Below the pieces are notes generated by a model. It was not told the origin of the DNA. It was given only the letters and a program-made list of their open reading frames with translations, and ran no database searches. Both the position numbers and the translations under genes were made by a program. 64,000 nt of DNA, from positions 1-64,000 of the forward strand of contig BTVY01000031.1 in the NCBI GenBank assembly GCA_045863335.1. The letters are read 5' to 3'. Positions 59,838-64,000 of the stretch are shown piece by piece (position 1 is the first letter of the stretch; the number at the start of each line of letters is the position of its first letter). The stretch is from Candidatus Hydrogenedentota bacterium (GTDB lineage Bacteria; Hydrogenedentota; Hydrogenedentia; Hydrogenedentales; SLHB01).

Positions 59838-62800
59838 GAACCATCCTCACGGCCGTCGTCGGTCATAACGTCCTGGCCAACGTGGTCCTCGTGATAATTG
59901 TAGTGGTGGGAATGCTCGCCGCTACCAACCTCGTGCGCGAAAGCATGCCGCAGTTCGACATCAACATGATCTTGGTGGAGGTCCCCTTCCCCGGCGCCGA
60001 CCCGGAAGAAGTGGAGGAGGGGGTCTCGCAACGCATCGAGGCGGCCATCGACGGGTTGGAAGGGATCAAACAGTATACGACGGGATCCTGGGAAGGCCAC
60101 GCGACGGTGGAGATCGAGGTGGCCGAAGGCTTCGACCTGAACGAAGTCAAAGACGAAGTGCAGAACGCCATCGACACCATCGATACCTTTCCCGTGCGCG
60201 TCGAACGGCCCCGCGTTTCCGAGATCAAGGATGACGAGTTGGTCATCGCGCTGGCCTTGTACGGCGATGTACCGGAACGTCAGCTCAAGGAATGGGCCGA
60301 GGACGTGCGCGACCGGCTGCAGCGGACCGATGGCGTATCGCTCGTGGAAGTGGGCGGCACGCGGCCCTATGAAATCGCCATCGAGATCTCGAAATCCAAG
60401 CTTCTCGAATATGGACTCACCCTCGAAGAGGTCGGCAATGCCCTGCGCCGGGGCAGCCTCAACCTCCCCGCTGGCACCGTTCAAACCGAGGGCGAGGACA
60501 TCCGCATCCGCATGATGGGCCGCAAATATACGGGGCGCGAGTTCGCCAGCATCGTCGTTCGGTCGTCCATGGATGGTGAACTGATTACGCTCGACAAAAT
60601 CGCGACGATTCAGGACGGCTTCGTCGAGAAACCCGCGTACACGTCGTTCAACGGCCACCCCTGTGTCATCGTCGAGGTGATGAAAGCGCCCGGTGAAGAC
60701 GCGCTGGATATTGCCGAGCGGGTGCACGAGTTCGCGGCAAAGGAAAGCGCCACGCTTCCGCCGCAGCTTCACGTGGAACCGTGCTTCGACGATTCCGAGT
60801 TCGTCCGCGGTCAGTTGGATTTGCTCGTGCGCAATGGCATCGTCGGACTGGTCCTCGTAGTGCTCATCCTCTGGTTCTTTCTGAATACCCGGCTGAGTTT
60901 CTGGATCGCCATGGGCATTCCCATTTCACTCAGCGGCGCCCTCATTCTCATGTGGGCCATGGGGCAGACCATCAACCAGATTTCGCTGATCACGTTCATC
61001 ATTGTGCTCGGCATCATCGTGGACGATGCGATTGTCGTCGGTGAGGCCATCTTCGTGCACCGGCAGCAAGGCCAGACCGCCCTGCAAGCGGCGGTCAACG
61101 GCGTATTCGAGATGAGCGCGCCCGTGCTGGCTGCCGTGCTGACGACCATCGCCGCGTTTCTGCCCCTCGCATTTGTCCCGGGTATCCTGGGCAGGATTAT
61201 CGTCATCATGCCGGTTGTCGTGATATCCGCCCTGCTGGTGTCGCTCGTCGAGTGCCTCTTCCTGCTGCCCGCTCACCTGAACCATCTTCCCGAACCAAAG
61301 CCGCGTCGCAACGCTCCGGACCATTGGCGCGCTCGGGTCCTGCGGATTCACGAATACACCAGCCACGCGCTGGAGCGGTTCGCCGAGCGCGTCTACGCGC
61401 CCATCGTGCGGGTCGTCGTACGCCATCGGTATGTCACGGCGTGTGTCTCGCTCGCGGTCGTGCTTGTGACCGTGGGCCTGGTCGGCGGCAAAGTCGTGCG
61501 GATCGTGTTCTGGCCGCCGGTTGATGGGAACACCCTCCGCGCGCTTGTCGAGTTTCCGGCGGGAACCTCGCCGGAAGTCACGCGCGACGCGATTGACCGG
61601 ACCCGCGAAGCTTTCCAACAGCTCGCCGAGCGAACCGCTACGGTCAGTGGCGAACCGCTCATTCGCAACATCTATACAAACGTCTATGACTTCTCGCCCC
61701 ATATGGGTCGCGTGATCGTCGAAATGCTCGGCACCTCGAAGCGCGGCATCCACTCGCAGGAACTGGCCGCGGCGTGGGAAAAAGAGGTTGGCGCCATACC
61801 CGGCGCGGTGCAGCAGTCCTTCGTCGAGGAACAGGTCGGTATGGACGGGCCGCCCATCGAAATCTGGCTTCAGGGCAAGAACCTCGACGCCTTGCGCGCC
61901 GCCGCCGAAGAACTAAAGGCAAAGCTCCGCGAATACGACGGCGTGTTTCAGGTGGCCGATGATTTCCGTTCGGGCCGGAAAGAACTGCGCGTCCATCTGA
62001 AGCCCGAGGCGCATACCCTTGGTCTCACGCTCGACGATGTCGCGCGCCAACTCTACGCGGGTTATTACGGCGACGAGGCCATCCGCCTGCAACGCGGCCG
62101 CGACGACATGCGCGTACGCGTGCGGTACCCTGAGGACGAGCGGCAAACCCTCGCGGAGCTGGACCAGATCCGCATCCGCACCGCGAGCGGCATGGAAGTG
62201 CCGATTCGCTCGGTGGCGGACGTGGAACTCGCCGAGGGTGTCGCGTCCATCAAGGGAAGCAACGGGCTCCGCCGCATCGCGGTAACCGCGTCGGCCGATG
62301 TGACCCGCGCGAATCCCAGTGACATCATTGCCGAACTGAGCAAGGGATATCTCGATGATCTCGCCGCGCGCTACGGGCAGATTCTGTGGACCGTCGAAGG
62401 GGTCGAGGAGAGTAACCAAGAGACCCTCGCGGGGCTCAAGAACGGATTCCTCGTCGCGCTGCTCGGGATTTATACGATCCTCGCAACGGTGTTCCGGTCC
62501 TACATCCAGCCGCTCGTGATCCTGCTCATCGTTCCCTTCGGCATCGTCGGCGCCATCTTCGGGCATCTGGCATTGGGAATCCCCGTGACGTTCCTGAGCC
62601 TGTTTGGAATCGTGGCCCTGGCGGGGGTAGTCGTGAACGACTCCATCGTGCTGACGGAATGCGTGAACAACCTGCTGGCCCACGGCACCCCGTTTGCCGA
62701 AGCCGTATGCCAGGGCGGCGTGCGGCGCTTCCGCGCCATCTTCCTCACCACCGCGAGCACCTGCATCGGCCTCACGCCGCTCATTCTCGAACGCGACTTG

Positions 62801-63031
62801 CAGGCCCAGGTCGTCATTCCCATGGCCGTGTCCATCGCGGCCGGCGTCGCCTTCTCCACACTGCTGACGCTGCTGTTTCTTCCCGCCATGCTTGCCATCG
62901 TCAACGATCTGCGCCGTGCGTTGCACCGCGCGCTGGCCGGCGAGTGGCCCACCGCGGAGCAGGTCGAACCCGGCGAAAGGCGCGTGATCACGCCTGTCGA
63001 AACGACCGCACCCATTCCCGCGGAATCATGA
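59834..63031 (+). CDS. RND efflux permease (AcrB/AcrD/AcrF family)
   Basis: FPGADPEEVE, LGIIVDDAIVVGE, GVVVNDSIV, RFRAIFLTT; ATGA overlap with the adaptor gene. Confidence 0.93.
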   Translation: MRTILTAVVGHNVLANVVLVIIVVVGMLAATNLVRESMPQFDINMILVEVPFPGADPEEVEEGVSQRIEAAIDGLEGIKQYTTGSWEGHATVEIEVAEGFDLNEVKDEVQNAIDTIDTFPVRVERPRVSEIKDDELVIALALYGDVPERQLKEWAEDVRDRLQRTDGVSLVEVGGTRPYEIAIEISKSKLLEYGLTLEEVGNALRRGSLNLPAGTVQTEGEDIRIRMMGRKYTGREFASIVVRSSMDGELITLDKIATIQDGFVEKPAYTSFNGHPCVIVEVMKAPGEDALDIAERVHEFAAKESATLPPQLHVEPCFDDSEFVRGQLDLLVRNGIVGLVLVVLILWFFLNTRLSFWIAMGIPISLSGALILMWAMGQTINQISLITFIIVLGIIVDDAIVVGEAIFVHRQQGQTALQAAVNGVFEMSAPVLAAVLTTIAAFLPLAFVPGILGRIIVIMPVVVISALLVSLVECLFLLPAHLNHLPEPKPRRNAPDHWRARVLRIHEYTSHALERFAERVYAPIVRVVVRHRYVTACVSLAVVLVTVGLVGGKVVRIVFWPPVDGNTLRALVEFPAGTSPEVTRDAIDRTREAFQQLAERTATVSGEPLIRNIYTNVYDFSPHMGRVIVEMLGTSKRGIHSQELAAAWEKEVGAIPGAVQQSFVEEQVGMDGPPIEIWLQGKNLDALRAAAEELKAKLREYDGVFQVADDFRSGRKELRVHLKPEAHTLGLTLDDVARQLYAGYYGDEAIRLQRGRDDMRVRVRYPEDERQTLAELDQIRIRTASGMEVPIRSVADVELAEGVASIKGSNGLRRIAVTASADVTRANPSDIIAELSKGYLDDLAARYGQILWTVEGVEESNQETLAGLKNGFLVALLGIYTILATVFRSYIQPLVILLIVPFGIVGAIFGHLALGIPVTFLSLFGIVALAGVVVNDSIVLTECVNNLLAHGTPFAEAVCQGGVRRFRAIFLTTASTCIGLTPLILERDLQAQVVIPMAVSIAAGVAFSTLLTLLFLPAMLAIVNDLRRALHRALAGEWPTAEQVEPGERRVITPVETTAPIPAES

Positions 63032-63063
63032 TCGGTTACGGTTCTCGACTCGTTCGCAACGAT

Positions 63064-63228
63064 CTACAAGATGACGTAGGAGTAGATCCCGCCGTCCTTG
63101 ACGGTGTCCTTGCAGGCGTCCTGTTCGCTCTCGGGGATGGTCTTGCACTCGCTCTTGGTTTCGATCTCGATGATGAAGATCGCGGACGCCGGAATGGAGT
63201 CCCGGGTAAGACGCTTGACATGCTTCAT
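63064..63228 (-). CDS. 54-aa small protein MKHVKRLTRDSIPASAIFIIEIETKSECKTIPESEQDACKDTVKDGGIYSYVIL
   Basis: GGGAGG SD before ATG 63228; upstream TTCTCA-17-TATAGT with TGn (63266-63294); GC3-rich codons like the host genes. Confidence 0.65.
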   Translation of the reverse strand: MKHVKRLTRDSIPASAIFIIEIETKSECKTIPESEQDACKDTVKDGGIYSYVIL

Positions 63229-63441
63229 GGGTATTCCCTCCCGTGGGCCTTGCAAGCTGATAGGCACTATAGCAGAGAAACCGCGATTTGAGAACCGCCG
63301 CGCCGTTCCGAGCGCGCCCGCGTCTGTAGCGTCCGGCTTCCACGCCGGACGTCTTCGCGCCCCTTAACTCCGTGGTGTGCCAACGACAAGAATTGACCAC
63401 GGGGTCACGGGGAGCACGGGGATGGAGAGAATACGCGGCAC

Positions 63442-63645
63442 GGGGGTGCACCCAATTTCATTTTGACGGTTCAAGGGGGGGATTCGATTGCGGATTGCGG
63501 ATTGCGGATTGCGGATTGCGGAATTCTTGCATTGTCCCGGTAACCCTCAAGTGTGTAGCAGTTTACATGAACTTCGCAAAAGGTGCAGGCGCGACGGCGA
63601 TGGGGTGCACCCCCTTTCTTTTTTGACGGTTCAAGGGGGTGCCCC
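63442..63645. repeat. Direct repeat (160-bp period) enclosing a heptamer tandem repeat
   Basis: GGGGTGCACCC...TTTTGACGGTTCAAGGGGG at 63443-63479 and 63602-63639; (GGATTGC)n at about 63486-63522. Confidence 0.75.
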
Positions 63646-63903
63646 TTTCTCGGGTTGCGGATTCCTGCTGTCGGCTCAGTGAGCCGATGGCGCTGATTGG
63701 ATACTCTGTCATGGGCGGAGTTTTCCTTATAGATCCAGACCGGGCTGTTGCATGTGATTCGATTGCAGGCCGACGCTGTGCTCTGGCCAGAGCTGATATG
63801 TAGCGGACTGTCAGTCGGGGGCGGTCAATGCGAGGGTTTGGTTGGTTGTCAGCAGCGCGCATCGATGGATGGACCGACGAATGGCCGGCACGCTGAGGCT
63901 CCG

Positions 63904-64000
63904 CTACCTTTTCGGCTCGTACCGCATCGCGACCGCGCCCGAGGCAAACTCCGTCCGGTCCACGAGCTTCAGGTCGAGAGGCTTCGACAGCCCCGCGAAC
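63904..64000 (-). CDS. Partial (3' end) dihydrofolate reductase/RibD C-terminal family protein
   Basis: FAGLSKPLDLKLVDRTEFASGAVAMRYEPKR-stop, a typical RibD_C C-terminus; runs off the window. Confidence 0.7.
   Translation of the reverse strand, partial: FAGLSKPLDLKLVDRTEFASGAVAMRYEPKR

Noticed and set aside
58503-63031. RND pair lacking an outer-membrane factor
   Set aside because: Common arrangement; a TolC-like channel is usually encoded elsewhere

Overview
GC-rich bacterial chromosomal window. The DUF1559/H-X9-DG prepilin-like gene, the PVC-type heme-c protein and several Tat-exported carbohydrate enzymes suggest a PVC-like lineage, possibly Candidatus Hydrogenedentota (inference only). 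The left part (0.4-25 kb) is mostly carbohydrate metabolism: GH29 and GH151/GHL6-like glycosidases, amidohydrolases, an epimerase, a sugar ABC transporter with a fused ATPase-permease, a DHDPS-family aldolase and a PPi-type PFK. The middle holds housekeeping genes (greA, carB, rsmI, priA, lutC/lutB-like, four tRNAs interleaved with two response regulators, a B12 radical SAM fusion, FKBP PPIase, SUI1). The right part has lipid/acyl-CoA enzymes, a peroxiredoxin and an RND pair. The window opens on the end of a TGT-type insertion element, and many intergenic regions carry REP-like or short-period repeats. The most interesting signals are small stand-alone transcription units: (1) a ~240-nt structured RNA at 48.9-49.1 kb with a 15-nt match to the 16S rRNA 3' end and a 30-aa ORF; (2) a 31-aa Trp/Phe-rich membrane peptide gene at 38.3 kb with its own promoter and terminator; (3) a 54-aa peptide at 63.1 kb. 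The first two are absent from the ORF track. Also notable are an apparent single-chain HicB-HicA fusion and a His-less truncated sensor kinase. All calls come from reading motifs by eye; no database search or folding program was run.
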